Under the pieces are notes generated by a model, which worked only from the letters and a program-made list of their open reading frames with translations, was not told the DNA's origin and did no database searches. From Candidatus Bathyarchaeota archaeon (lineage in GTDB: Archaea > Thermoproteota > Bathyarchaeia > TCS64), in NCBI GenBank assembly GCA_963769425.1, contig CAVYLP010000005.1, forward strand, positions 1 through 64,000: a stretch of 64,000 bases of DNA. Direction: 5' to 3'. The position numbers and the translations under genes are program-made. This document shows, piece after piece, positions 9,556 to 18,995 of the stretch; the stretch's first letter is position 1; every line of letters starts with the position of its first letter.

Positions 9556-11383
9556 ATGAGTAATGTAATTCAGCATCCGGAGGTCGACGTACGTCGTCCT
9601 TGGCTTAGGCGCTATGGGTGGAGTGGTGGCGACTGAGATCGCGAAGGCGGGCTTCAAGACGGTAGGCCTAGAGAGAGGGCCCTACTGGGACTTCGTCAGC
9701 GATTTCACAACCACGAAGTACGACGAGTGGGGCATCGGCTTCATGCGCAAATACGACCACTCCTTCGCGGTGTCAGCGCCGACTCTTAGAAATGATCGAT
9801 CGCAGTTTGCTTTGCCCGTGAGAAGGAGCACCGCAGGCGGCGCCGGTCAGTACATATCTGAGGGCTTCGGTGTCGGCGGGATGACGCAGCACTACGGGGG
9901 CCTCATGGGGAGATTCCCACCATGGGTCTACCAGATGTACTCTGAGACGGTTAACAAATACGGGCTGGATTTCCTCAACAAGACGATACCCCACCAGGAC
10001 ATCAACGATTGGCCGATGACCTACGACGACTACGTACCATACTATAACAGATGGGAAAAGATGTGGGTGTGTAACTGGCACCGACAGAGGGTCCACTGGT
10101 CCCTGGACTAACAGGTTACCCACTACCTCCCTCCCCCCCGACACCGGTAGGAACCATGTACCGTGACGCCGCTGAGTCGCTCGGCTACCACACTTACCCC
10201 ACACCCACATCCCTAGCGACGCAACCATTTACCAACGAGTATGGAGTACAATGCAATGCGTGCGTCTACGACGGCTGGTGCGGGGCAGCTTGCAACTACG
10301 TCTGCGAGACGGGTGCCAAGGCGAACCCCGCGAACAGGACTATACCCGCAGCCCTGCAGACTGGGAACTTCGACATGAGGACTGGAAGCTGGGTCTACAG
10401 GCTAGACACAGACTCAACAGGTAAAGTAACCGCAGCACGATACCTAGATCTAGAAGGGAACGTGCACGTCCAACCCGCGAAGGTCTTCTTCAACGGCCTC
10501 TGGGGATACAACCTAATCAGGATGATGCTACTCTCAGGCATAGGGAAGCTACCTACGACCCAGTGAACATCAAGGGCTCACTCGGAAGGGGAGCTGCAAA
10601 CGGTGTACCAGCCGCAACTGTTCGGAGCATCTCGGGTACACTCGACACCGTCGGAGGAAACGCATATTCCGCTGGAAACGCCCTCGCGGGTGGCTTCACC
10701 ATCATGGAGTTCGCCGACGACTTCGTAGACCACACAGGTCTAGACTTCATCGGAGGTGCCTACCCCTTTGGCATCGGAGGCTACCTTGGTGGCGGCCCCG
10801 GCAATTTCAACCTCTACGCGAATGGACCCGACACTACCATGATGGGGAGCGCTTTCAAGGCAAGCCTCAAGGACACCTTCCTGCCTCAGAAGCTGACGAT
10901 AAACATAGCACCATACGGTATGTGGCCTCCGACGACCGACTGGTTCATCGACATCGACCCACACTACACCGACGCATACGGCGACCCAGTAGCTAGGATG
11001 ACACTCGACTACGGCCTCAACACCTTCAAGTGCGCCAACTACTTCGCACCCAAATACGCTGATATACTGACAAAGATGGGGGCGACGAACGTAACGGTCT
11101 CTGATCCGGTCTCAGGCGAGGACCAGCACATGTTCACATTCCCAGCGCACATAAGGGGTGATGCCAGGCTTGAACGGATCCAACCATCTCCGTCTTGAAC
11201 AAGTGGCACCAGTGTTGGAAGAGCGAGAACCTCTTCGCAGCGGGCGAGGTCACCGACCCTGTAGGTGACAACACGACTGTTGGCTAGACTGGCATCGAGG
11301 AACCCACCCAGCTCGGGGCGGCGAGCTACGTCGCAGCAGAGGGGATTAAGAAGTATCTCCAGAGTCCAGGAATGCTCGTTTAA
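9556..11383 (+). CDS. GMC oxidoreductase, gluconate 2-dehydrogenase flavoprotein-like; multiple frameshifts
   Basis: VDVVVLGLGAMGG dinucleotide fold, LERGP, GVGG, DWPMTYDD, Cys cluster CVYDGWCGAACNYVC, DIDPHYTDAYGDP, C-terminus YLQSPGMLV. Split across ORFs at 9614, 10156 and 10563. Confidence 0.82.
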
Positions 11384-11497
11384 AATCCGGGTCGATTATC
11401 TTTCCTTGATAGATTATTTGCCACTCATTTTAATGCCAGATAGATTTGAAGTTTCTACACCATTACTTATTATAAAAGCGACGAAGAAATCCTATCT

Positions 11498-11698
11498 CTA
11501 ATTCGTTTCTTCATGCCCCTGATTTGTCTTGTTTTTCGATCTTCTGTCCTGAACGAAGAGTATCGCGAGGACTAACGCAACGAGGATTCCGTATACCCAC
11601 CATATCGATGGATTTGTCGATATTATATCGAGGCCGGTGATTGCGATCACGGCAAGTATGATGAGAATTCGCAGATTACGTGTGAGTCCCTCGTCCAT
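11498..11698 (-). CDS. Small 2-TM hypothetical protein
   Basis: Two hydrophobic segments and a basic tail. Confidence 0.55.
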   Translation of the reverse strand: MDEGLTRNLRILIILAVIAITGLDIISTNPSIWWVYGILVALVLAILFVQDRRSKNKTNQGHEETN

Positions 11699-11823
11699 GC
11701 CTCAGATGTTATCGAGGTTGTTCATAGGTTCTTCCCCATAATAGGCGCGCAACCTTGTCTTTAAATTGACAACAGACGCTAAGAAATCTCACCAATCCCG
11801 TTGAATACTCTTTCACATACTCA

Positions 11824-11835
11824 GCTATATATAGC
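11824..11835. promoter_or_regulatory. Palindromic TATA box (GCTATATATAGC)
   Basis: Perfect 12-bp palindrome with a TATATATA core, upstream of the candidate ncRNA. Confidence 0.45.
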
Positions 11836-11856
11836 GAAGTCGTCGGGGACGCGTCG

Positions 11857-12060
11857 CCGGAACCATCTGAAACGTGTCAAAAACCATTGAATATCCATTG
11901 AAAACCGTTGCATTCCGGGTGCCTTCAACATCCATTGAAGGGAGTGGATCGCGGTTCATTGAACGATGTGAATGGAGGCGTTGTGAGTGGACGCCATTCA
12001 ATCTAAGGCGTAACACTGTATGGATTTGTTCATTCATCGGTGTGAAGGCGTCCCGTGGAA
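11857..12060 (+). ncRNA. Candidate structured ncRNA (long rod with internal bubble)
   Basis: 11913-12060 folds by hand into a long imperfect hairpin with 9 G-U pairs on the + strand. TATA box upstream; no credible ORF. The 5' end is estimated from TATA spacing. Confidence 0.5.
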
Positions 12061-12114
12061 ACACCTTATTAGTGGTTACCACTTACAGTTGCCCCAAAAA
12101 CTCAAGGATTAGCA

Positions 12115-13405
12115 TCATCCAGGTGGGGGTCTTACACCTAGAGTGACTGCGATGTTGGTGGGAGTATTACTTCTCAGGATATTGAAGGTAATAGTATCGC
12201 CCGGTTTCTTGTTGCGCTCAATGTAGACCATAAGGTTGTAGAAAGTCTTCAACGGATGGCCGTCTGCGCCAGTGATGACATCGCCACCTATGGAGAGCGG
12301 TGCGCCGTCGACGGTTACTGTGCTCGTCCCACCCCTTAGACCCGCATTACCAGACGGTCCACCGGAGACGACCGAGGTAACGAGGGTACCATATGTGCCC
12401 GCTGGGAGATTCATAGCAGAAACCACTCCCCGGGTCACGTCGACTCCGCTGATTCCGAGGTACGGGTGATTGTAACCCCCTGTTGCTATGAGGCTGGGTG
12501 CCTCACGTGTCACAGTATCACTGGGTACCGCGAAGTTCAGGCCAGAGGATGTCGACGTCGCCCCAGCTGTATTAATCCCGACGACTTCTCCCCGTGAGTT
12601 GAGTAACGGGCCACCACTGTTTCCTGGGTTAACAGCTGCATCAGTTTGGAGCACGTCCACAATGAGATACCCCGCGCCCTCATCTAGCGTTCGCCCAACT
12701 GCACTGATTATCCCCTGTGTCAAAGTGTCTGTTAGTTGGTAGGGGTTCCCAAGAGCGTATACCTGGTCACCCACGACTAAGGCTGATGAAACGCCAATCT
12801 TAAGAGGTTTGAGGAGCGCCGCTGGAGCTGTAACCTTTATGATCGCAATGTCTGAGTAGGGGTCAGCTCCAACAAGAGTGGCGTCGAGGGTTGTTCCATT
12901 TAAAAAGGTGACTGTTATTCCCCCACCTGATGTCGCCCCGGCGATCACGTGGTTATTAGTCACAATACGCCCAGTTGAGTCGTAAACAAATCCACTTCCC
13001 TGGTCAACGCCACCGGCTACAGGCACTTCAATCAACACGACGCTGTTGGCTGTCTGGTTGTAGATCTGTTGGGGGGTGAGTCCTGTCGGAGGTGGTGTTC
13101 CTCCACCTGAGCCTCCACCAGTGCTTATTCCTGCAACTGTGGATTCAAGTGTAGTGATTTTCGTGTTTAAATCTGTTATTTTTGAGTCTAGGGTCGATAG
13201 CTGCGTGTTTGTCTGTTGCACTGTCGAAGCCAAGGTCGACGTTTGAGCAGTAAAAGTGCTAACTTGGTTTCCTACACTAATAAAGACGTACGCTGAGAAG
13301 CCGATTGCGATGATGGCAATTATTATCGCAACAGCTGCCAGCGTGTTTCCTCCTCCCCTCACAGGGGCTGTGTTCTTAATCTCAGGTTCAACAGACGTTT
13401 TTCAT
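12115..13405 (-). CDS. Membrane-anchored HtrA/DegP-type serine protease with PDZ domain
   Basis: TNNHV, SDIA and NPGNSGGPL catalytic triad motifs; PDZ domain; TM plus coiled coil. The true start is probably near 13405, with an indel in the T5 run at 13398-13402. Confidence 0.92.
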
Positions 13406-13664
13406 TCACTTCCTCTTACCAGTCTTTTTTTCTCCAAGGATCGAGAAATGAAGGGCTGCTTATGAACCCCTAAGAAGATGAACTAATAAAAATTCAAATT
13501 CAATGGCTGAGGGTGTACTAAATAGCCAAAAGCTGAAGCCTTTCCTCGACTTTCCACTGAGAGCCAAAATGAATCCAATCCTTGAATCTTTATGAAACGA
13601 TCTGTGATCTAGGGACCACCTTACTAAATTGAATAACCTCGGTAAATCATACAATACCCGGAGC

Positions 13665-14135
13665 ATGACTCACCTAACGAGAATCAGTTTCGGCGTAACA
13701 TCAGCCATCGTCACCAGCTTAGCCTTCATAGTCAGCCTAAGCGGAAATGTAGAGCCGCGGATGCCGATAGTCGGCTCTCTACTGGTATTTGCGATAGCTG
13801 ATAACATATCAGACTCCCTAGGAATACACATCTTTCAAGAATCCGACCTCAAGAAGCCAGGCATCATTAACACATCCACTTTCTCCAATTTCATCGTCAG
13901 ATTCGTCGTCATACTCTCATTCGTCGCAGCTGTTTACTTTTTACCAATCCAACTGGCGGTGATCTCTTCAGTGATCTGGGGGATCTCGATCTTGATGGCT
14001 CTAACATACCTAATAGCAATCGAGCGTAAAACAAAGCCCCTACCAGCAATGCTAGAGCATCTTCTGATAGCTGCACTAGTTGTCGTTGCGAGTTTCCTTT
14101 TCCGATCCTGGATATCTACCTTATTCAACATGTGA
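13665..14135 (+). CDS. VIT1/CCC1-like membrane protein
   Basis: SFG.TSAIVT and AIADNISDSLGIH..QE pattern; about 5 TM segments. Confidence 0.55.
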   Translation: MTHLTRISFGVTSAIVTSLAFIVSLSGNVEPRMPIVGSLLVFAIADNISDSLGIHIFQESDLKKPGIINTSTFSNFIVRFVVILSFVAAVYFLPIQLAVISSVIWGISILMALTYLIAIERKTKPLPAMLEHLLIAALVVVASFLFRSWISTLFNM

Positions 14136-14195
14136 GAACTTGAGAGACCCTCGTTACAAAAATCATCGATTTTAAAAAAATTGGAAAAAGCCCCA

Positions 14196-16808
14196 TCATC
14201 TAGGTTTTAGGTATTTGGCGGCCTCGATCCAGATCGTCGCGACGAATGAGGCGACTATCACCGTCGCCCAGTCGAACCAACCCAGCGCAGTGACCTTAAC
14301 CAGCCCCTGCAGGAAGGGAACGTATACAACCGCGAGTAGCAGACCGACTGCAGAGATGGCCCAGAGAACCATCACCCGATTAGAAAATAGCCCCCTCTTG
14401 AGGAGTGGTTCCTTCTCGGATCTCCTCACGAAGGCGAGGAGGATGTGGCTCACTATCCAAGCTGAGAAAGCGACCGTCTGCGCGTACACTAGGTCTCCGC
14501 TACGGTAGTAGGCCGTTAGGTAGCAGAAGCTCACAGCCACGAATAGGCTCAGGGCACTCGCAAAGATCCCCGTCAGCGTACCCCTATCAAGGAACTTCAT
14601 CGACGGATTCCTCGGGGGCCTAGACATCAGATCCGACTCGAAGCCCTCCGCGACGAAGCCACTGGACGCGGCCAAGTCCATGAACATCTCGAGCAATATG
14701 ATCTGGATCGGGGCAAAGGGAAGCGGGACATCGAGGATTATTGGTAACGTGAAGATGAGGACGAGCGCCACCTTAACAGCGAGGTAGTACTTTACCCCCT
14801 TCCTGAGGTTATCAAAGATCTTCCTACCCTCCCGTACAGCGCTACCGATGCTCACAAAGTTGTCATCGGTGAGGACTATATCGGCGGCCTCCTTCGCCGC
14901 GTCCGTCCCCCTGACACCCATCGCGATTCCTATCGCGGCCTCCTTGAGCGCCGGCGCATCATTGACGCCGTCGCCGGTGACCGCCACCACCTCACCACTC
15001 TCCTTTAGAACCCTCACAATCCTGAGCTTATGCTCAGGCGTGATGCGTGAGAAGACTGAGGTCGTCTTCACCGCCCTCCCCAACTCCTCGTCGCTCATAG
15101 CCGTAATATCCGGGCCAGTCAGAACCTCGTGAGCGTCGATGCCAACCTGAGACGCTATCGCCTTAGCCGTCTCAGGGTGGTCACCAGTCAGCATGATGAC
15201 CCTGATCCCAGCCTCCTTACACATCTTGACCACGTCTGGGACCTCCTTCCTCGGGGGGTCAATGAAACTGAGTATCCCCGCGAACACTAACCCGCCCTCA
15301 GGAGTCTTGTCAACATCCTCATCATCGATGTCCCTGTAGGCTACGGCGAGTGCGCGTTCACCCATCTGAGCAATTTTCTCAATCGCCTCGTTGACCCTGC
15401 CTCGAACCGAGGCACTTAAGGCGACGGCTCGCTCCCCCTTCAATATCTTGGTGGACCTAGCAAGGACCGCCTCAGGTGCGCCACTGGTGTAGACGCGGAG
15501 CTTGGTACCTTCCCTATAGACGTAGGAGGCCGTCTTCGACCTTGTGTCAAAGCTGAACTCGTTGACGAGACTCCTCTTAGCCAGATCCTCCGTCGAGACA
15601 CCGGAGCTGGTGGCCGCATCAACAACCGCGGCCCCCATAGGGTTGAAGCCCCTGAACCTGTCACTGGTAAGCGTAGTCTGGCCGCGAGTAGCTAAGACAC
15701 CCATCTCGAGGATCCCCCGCTCCGACGCGTCAGCCTTTGGCTCCGATAATTCACCCTGCGAATATATGTGGCCCAGCCTCATCACACTCTCGGTGATGGT
15801 GCCCGTCTTGTCGGTTGCAATGATCGTCACGCTTCCAAGGGTCTCTGAGGCCCTCAGGCGCTTGACCAGAGCCCCACGTTGACTCAACGCGTACGTGCCG
15901 ACCGCGAGGACCATCGTGATGATGATGGGTAACTCCTCCGGAATCACCGCGAATGAGAGTGACAGCCCAGTCAGGATCATAGTCTGCAGCGGCTGACCCC
16001 TCAAGTATCCGAGGGCAGGAATCGAGACGCTGAATATGAGAGCGATCCAAACAAGCGTCTTCGACAGCTGCTCCATCGCCTCCTGAAGAGGCGTCTTCTC
16101 CTCCTTGACCTCTTCAGTCAACGTCGCGATGTGGCCAAGCTCCGTGTTACGCCCAGTCGTCGCGACGATTGCAGCACCCTCTCCCTGAACAATGAGGGTC
16201 CCAGCTAGGACCATGTTTGTAAGTTCGGTGACCTGCGTACCCTCGGGCAGCACGACGTCAGCGGCCTTCGGCACAGGCATAGACTCGCCTGTGAGGCTCG
16301 ACTCATCGAGTTGAAGCCCGAACGATCTGTATAGCCGCGAGTCGGCGGGGATCCTCTCCCCGACGCTGAGCGGTAGCACATCACCAGGCACAAGCTCAGC
16401 TGACTCAACCTCACCAACCTTACCATCACGCAGAACTAGGGGCCTAGGTGTCGTGAGCTCCTTCAGCGAATCGATGCCCTGCTCCGCTTTCCACTCATTG
16501 TAAACCTCACTAAGGACCAGCACCGCGATAACCGTGAAGATCGTCGCAGCGTCGAGGATACTACCCCAGATACTATAAAGCACACCCACCCCAATCAGGA
16601 GGAGGATCATCGGTTCACGACTCTCCTCCTTGAGTGCATCCCAGAAGGTCTCCTTCTCCTCCTCACCGAGCGTATTCTCACCGAACTTCTCCAAACGCAG
16701 CTTCACCTCATCCGAGGTGAGGCCCCTCTCAGGGTCAGTTCCAAGCTCTTTGATGAACTCATCGAACTCCTTCGACGCGGCCTTCGCCGTCTCCGATGCC
16801 TTACTCAT
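14196..16808 (-). CDS. Cation-transporting P-type ATPase (type II-like)
   Basis: TGES, IPEELP, DKTGT, MLTGD and TGDGVNDAPAL motifs. Confidence 0.95.
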   Translation of the reverse strand: MSKASETAKAASKEFDEFIKELGTDPERGLTSDEVKLRLEKFGENTLGEEEKETFWDALKEESREPMILLLIGVGVLYSIWGSILDAATIFTVIAVLVLSEVYNEWKAEQGIDSLKELTTPRPLVLRDGKVGEVESAELVPGDVLPLSVGERIPADSRLYRSFGLQLDESSLTGESMPVPKAADVVLPEGTQVTELTNMVLAGTLIVQGEGAAIVATTGRNTELGHIATLTEEVKEEKTPLQEAMEQLSKTLVWIALIFSVSIPALGYLRGQPLQTMILTGLSLSFAVIPEELPIIITMVLAVGTYALSQRGALVKRLRASETLGSVTIIATDKTGTITESVMRLGHIYSQGELSEPKADASERGILEMGVLATRGQTTLTSDRFRGFNPMGAAVVDAATSSGVSTEDLAKRSLVNEFSFDTRSKTASYVYREGTKLRVYTSGAPEAVLARSTKILKGERAVALSASVRGRVNEAIEKIAQMGERALAVAYRDIDDEDVDKTPEGGLVFAGILSFIDPPRKEVPDVVKMCKEAGIRVIMLTGDHPETAKAIASQVGIDAHEVLTGPDITAMSDEELGRAVKTTSVFSRITPEHKLRIVRVLKESGEVVAVTGDGVNDAPALKEAAIGIAMGVRGTDAAKEAADIVLTDDNFVSIGSAVREGRKIFDNLRKGVKYYLAVKVALVLIFTLPIILDVPLPFAPIQIILLEMFMDLAASSGFVAEGFESDLMSRPPRNPSMKFLDRGTLTGIFASALSLFVAVSFCYLTAYYRSGDLVYAQTVAFSAWIVSHILLAFVRRSEKEPLLKRGLFSNRVMVLWAISAVGLLLAVVYVPFLQGLVKVTALGWFDWATVIVASFVATIWIEAAKYLKPR

Positions 16809-17048
16809 GAAATCGCCTTGAATGTGATGTTAATGGTCAATCCGCTGTTCGACGATATATCAGTATCACAATAATGCTCAAAAACCCTGCTTGGCTAGAT
16901 GTGTTATTGATGTTCGGCGTGCTCGAAGAACCTCAAAATAATCTATTCAGCGACAGACTATCCTCGTAAATGATCTTGCTGGAAACATTGACGTCCCCAG
17001 AGGACCCCATGACGTCCTTATCGAGAAAAAGAAGAAAATTGAAACAAA

Positions 17049-17447
17049 CTACTTCAGTTTCGTCTTCGATAACTGCCTAGCTAGGAGGAAGACGATGAGC
17101 GCGATGACTAAGAAATTAATCAACACGCCGATGAAGTCCCCGTACTTTATTGCCTGTGTACCGATGGGGATCGACGCAGTCCTCCAATCGCCACCTGGAA
17201 GGAATACAGTGATCACGGGCATCAGTAGGTCGCCCACTAAAGCGCTCACTAGTGCCCCCGCGGCGCCACCTATGATGAAACCTATCGCTAGGCCAACTAC
17301 CCCGTACTTGTTTAGAAAGTCCATGAACTCCTCGCTGAAGGTCTTCTTAGCGGGAGGTGGAGGAGGAGGCGCAGGCTTAGGCGTCAAAAGCTCCTTGATC
17401 TCAGTTAGCCTCTCAAGCATCTGATCCTCGGTCTGCTTCTTTGACAT
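17049..17447 (-). CDS. mscL: Large-conductance mechanosensitive channel
   Basis: EFMDFL...VVGLAIGFIIGGA...LV.DLLMP and YGDFI..LINFLVIA motifs. Confidence 0.9.
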   Translation of the reverse strand: MSKKQTEDQMLERLTEIKELLTPKPAPPPPPPAKKTFSEEFMDFLNKYGVVGLAIGFIIGGAAGALVSALVGDLLMPVITVFLPGGDWRTASIPIGTQAIKYGDFIGVLINFLVIALIVFLLARQLSKTKLK

Positions 17448-17576
17448 ATCCTCACCAGATTGTATGATGTTTTTAAAGGATATTTAACATACACGGGGAA
17501 GAAATATGAATTATTTCGTATATGCCGATTATAGATATTTTTGTAACTATATGAAATAACTAAAAAATTGGTACAT

Positions 17577-17960
17577 TTAATCCTTGCAGAATAACTGACA
17601 ACCATCCCTGCAGAAATAACTCTTAGGATTACCCTCGCGGAGCCCATGCTTGATGAAAGTAGGACACCCACTACACTCACACATACGGAGCGTGTCAATG
17701 TCCTCACAGTCGCTCTTTCCACCGGCGCAGTAGAGGGCGGGTAAGAGCTCCGGCCTAGATACCAACGAACTCCACGAACTAGTCGTCACATCACCCAATT
17801 TGGTCCTCTTATCCCCGACACAAGTACTGCCTGACTGGACCATGCAGCCTGGACATAAACAGCTGCTATAATTTTCAAATGTGAATGGAACGACTGTAAT
17901 GGCCTTTTTCTCCTCGATTATATTATGAATGGTCAAACCAATAATTCGACGGGAATTCAA
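17577..17960 (-). CDS. DUF2769-like Cys-rich protein
   Basis: CLCPGC..Q..S.C, LYCA.GKS.C, CECSGCP and YFC.DG; start uncertain. Confidence 0.65.
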   Translation of the reverse strand: MNSRRIIGLTIHNIIEEKKAITVVPFTFENYSSCLCPGCMVQSGSTCVGDKRTKLGDVTTSSWSSLVSRPELLPALYCAGGKSDCEDIDTLRMCECSGCPTFIKHGLREGNPKSYFCRDGCQLFCKD

Positions 17961-18220
17961 GTTAATAAATTAACCAATAATAAACTAGGATAATAAAACG
18001 AGCAACTCATTTTTAACATACCCTATATCATCACTGGACATAGAGAAGAATCGCCTAGGAATCACATGAAAACTGAGTAAATGATGAAAGGAAAATTACC
18101 AACCTATCATCCGGCTAAATAAAGAAAAACACCGAGAGCAGACTGAAATTTAACAAAAACAAATCATAAATATAATTCTAAAAAATCTTCAAAAATCCAT
18201 CAAACAAAAAACAAGTGATT

Positions 18221-18377
18221 ATGTTACTAGTAACATGATCAGTAACATCCTGTTATAAATAGAGAAAGGTACTCCAAATCATATCGAATTTTAACACAAA
18301 TACTCAATTCACATAGAACATAAACTAATCTAAGAACAGGTTCATTGAAGGAATAGCATGTTACTTGTTACTAGTAC
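18221..18377. promoter_or_regulatory. Cluster of TGTTAC half-sites, including the perfect palindrome ATGTTACTAGTAACAT
   Basis: Palindrome at 18221-18236; further copies at about 18242, 18251, 18359 and 18366. Confidence 0.45.
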
Positions 18378-18478
18378 CCCCCCTCCCCCCTTACACACGA
18401 CACCCATAGCACCGACATATAGTCGCGATACAGGTATATCGCACGTCAACCCAAAACCCCCCCAACGAGGTAACCACG

Positions 18479-18765
18479 TTGAACATCACCGCGGAACACA
18501 GGGACGCCCTGCTGACTGACCTGTACCAGCTGACGATGAACGCCTCCTACATCGACAACAACAAGATGGACGAGGTAGCCTCATTCGAGATGTTTATCTG
18601 AGCCCTACCCACCGACTGGGCTACCCCATAGCCGTAGGGGTAGACGAGGCCATCGACTACGCATGCGGCATACGATTCACAGACGACGACATCACATACC
18701 TCCAAAGCCTAAACACATTCAGCGACGAATACCTCGACTACCTACGCCACTTAAAATTCAATAAC
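18479..18765 (+). pseudogene. pncB: Nicotinate phosphoribosyltransferase 5' remnant
   Basis: Manual translation gives ALLTDLYQLTM...ASFEMFI*ALP, a frameshift, then VGVDEAIDY...RFTDDDITYLQSLNTFSDEYLDYL. In-frame TGA, frameshift and truncation. Confidence 0.85.
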
Positions 18766-18995
18766 GGAAGCAAGAAGTACGATGATGGAAGGAAGGTGAT
18801 TTCTGGCAGGGAAACACCCCCTATAGAGGAGGATCGACACCCACCTCCAAACTCCGTAACAACCACGTGCGCCCCTTTTTCCTACAAAACAACTTACGTT
18901 TCAAGAAACCCATCTCCGTGAAAGATATTAGTTTACATTTTACGGAAAAGTTAGCTAAACGGGGAGAGAGACGTCAGCCACCGGACGAATCTTAA

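Noticed and set aside
11857-12060. SRP RNA, RNase P RNA or integron attC as the identity of the rod structure
   Set aside because: It has no SRP helix-8 CAGG/GNRA/AGCA motif, no GAGGAAAGUCC, and no RYYYAAC/GTTRRRY boxes at the ends.
11825-12146. ORFs 11825-12082 (-) and 11874-12146 (+)
   Set aside because: They have no motifs or clear RBS, and the region is better explained by RNA structure.
17960-18400. Canonical Cdc6/Orc1 replication origin
   Set aside because: There is no ORB consensus and no cdc6 gene nearby; kept only as an unexplained motif cluster.
18598-18601. TGA as selenocysteine or recoding in pncB (and at 41845 in the MFS gene)
   Set aside because: Both positions fit Arg (CGA to TGA), and both genes have further lesions, so decay is the simpler explanation.
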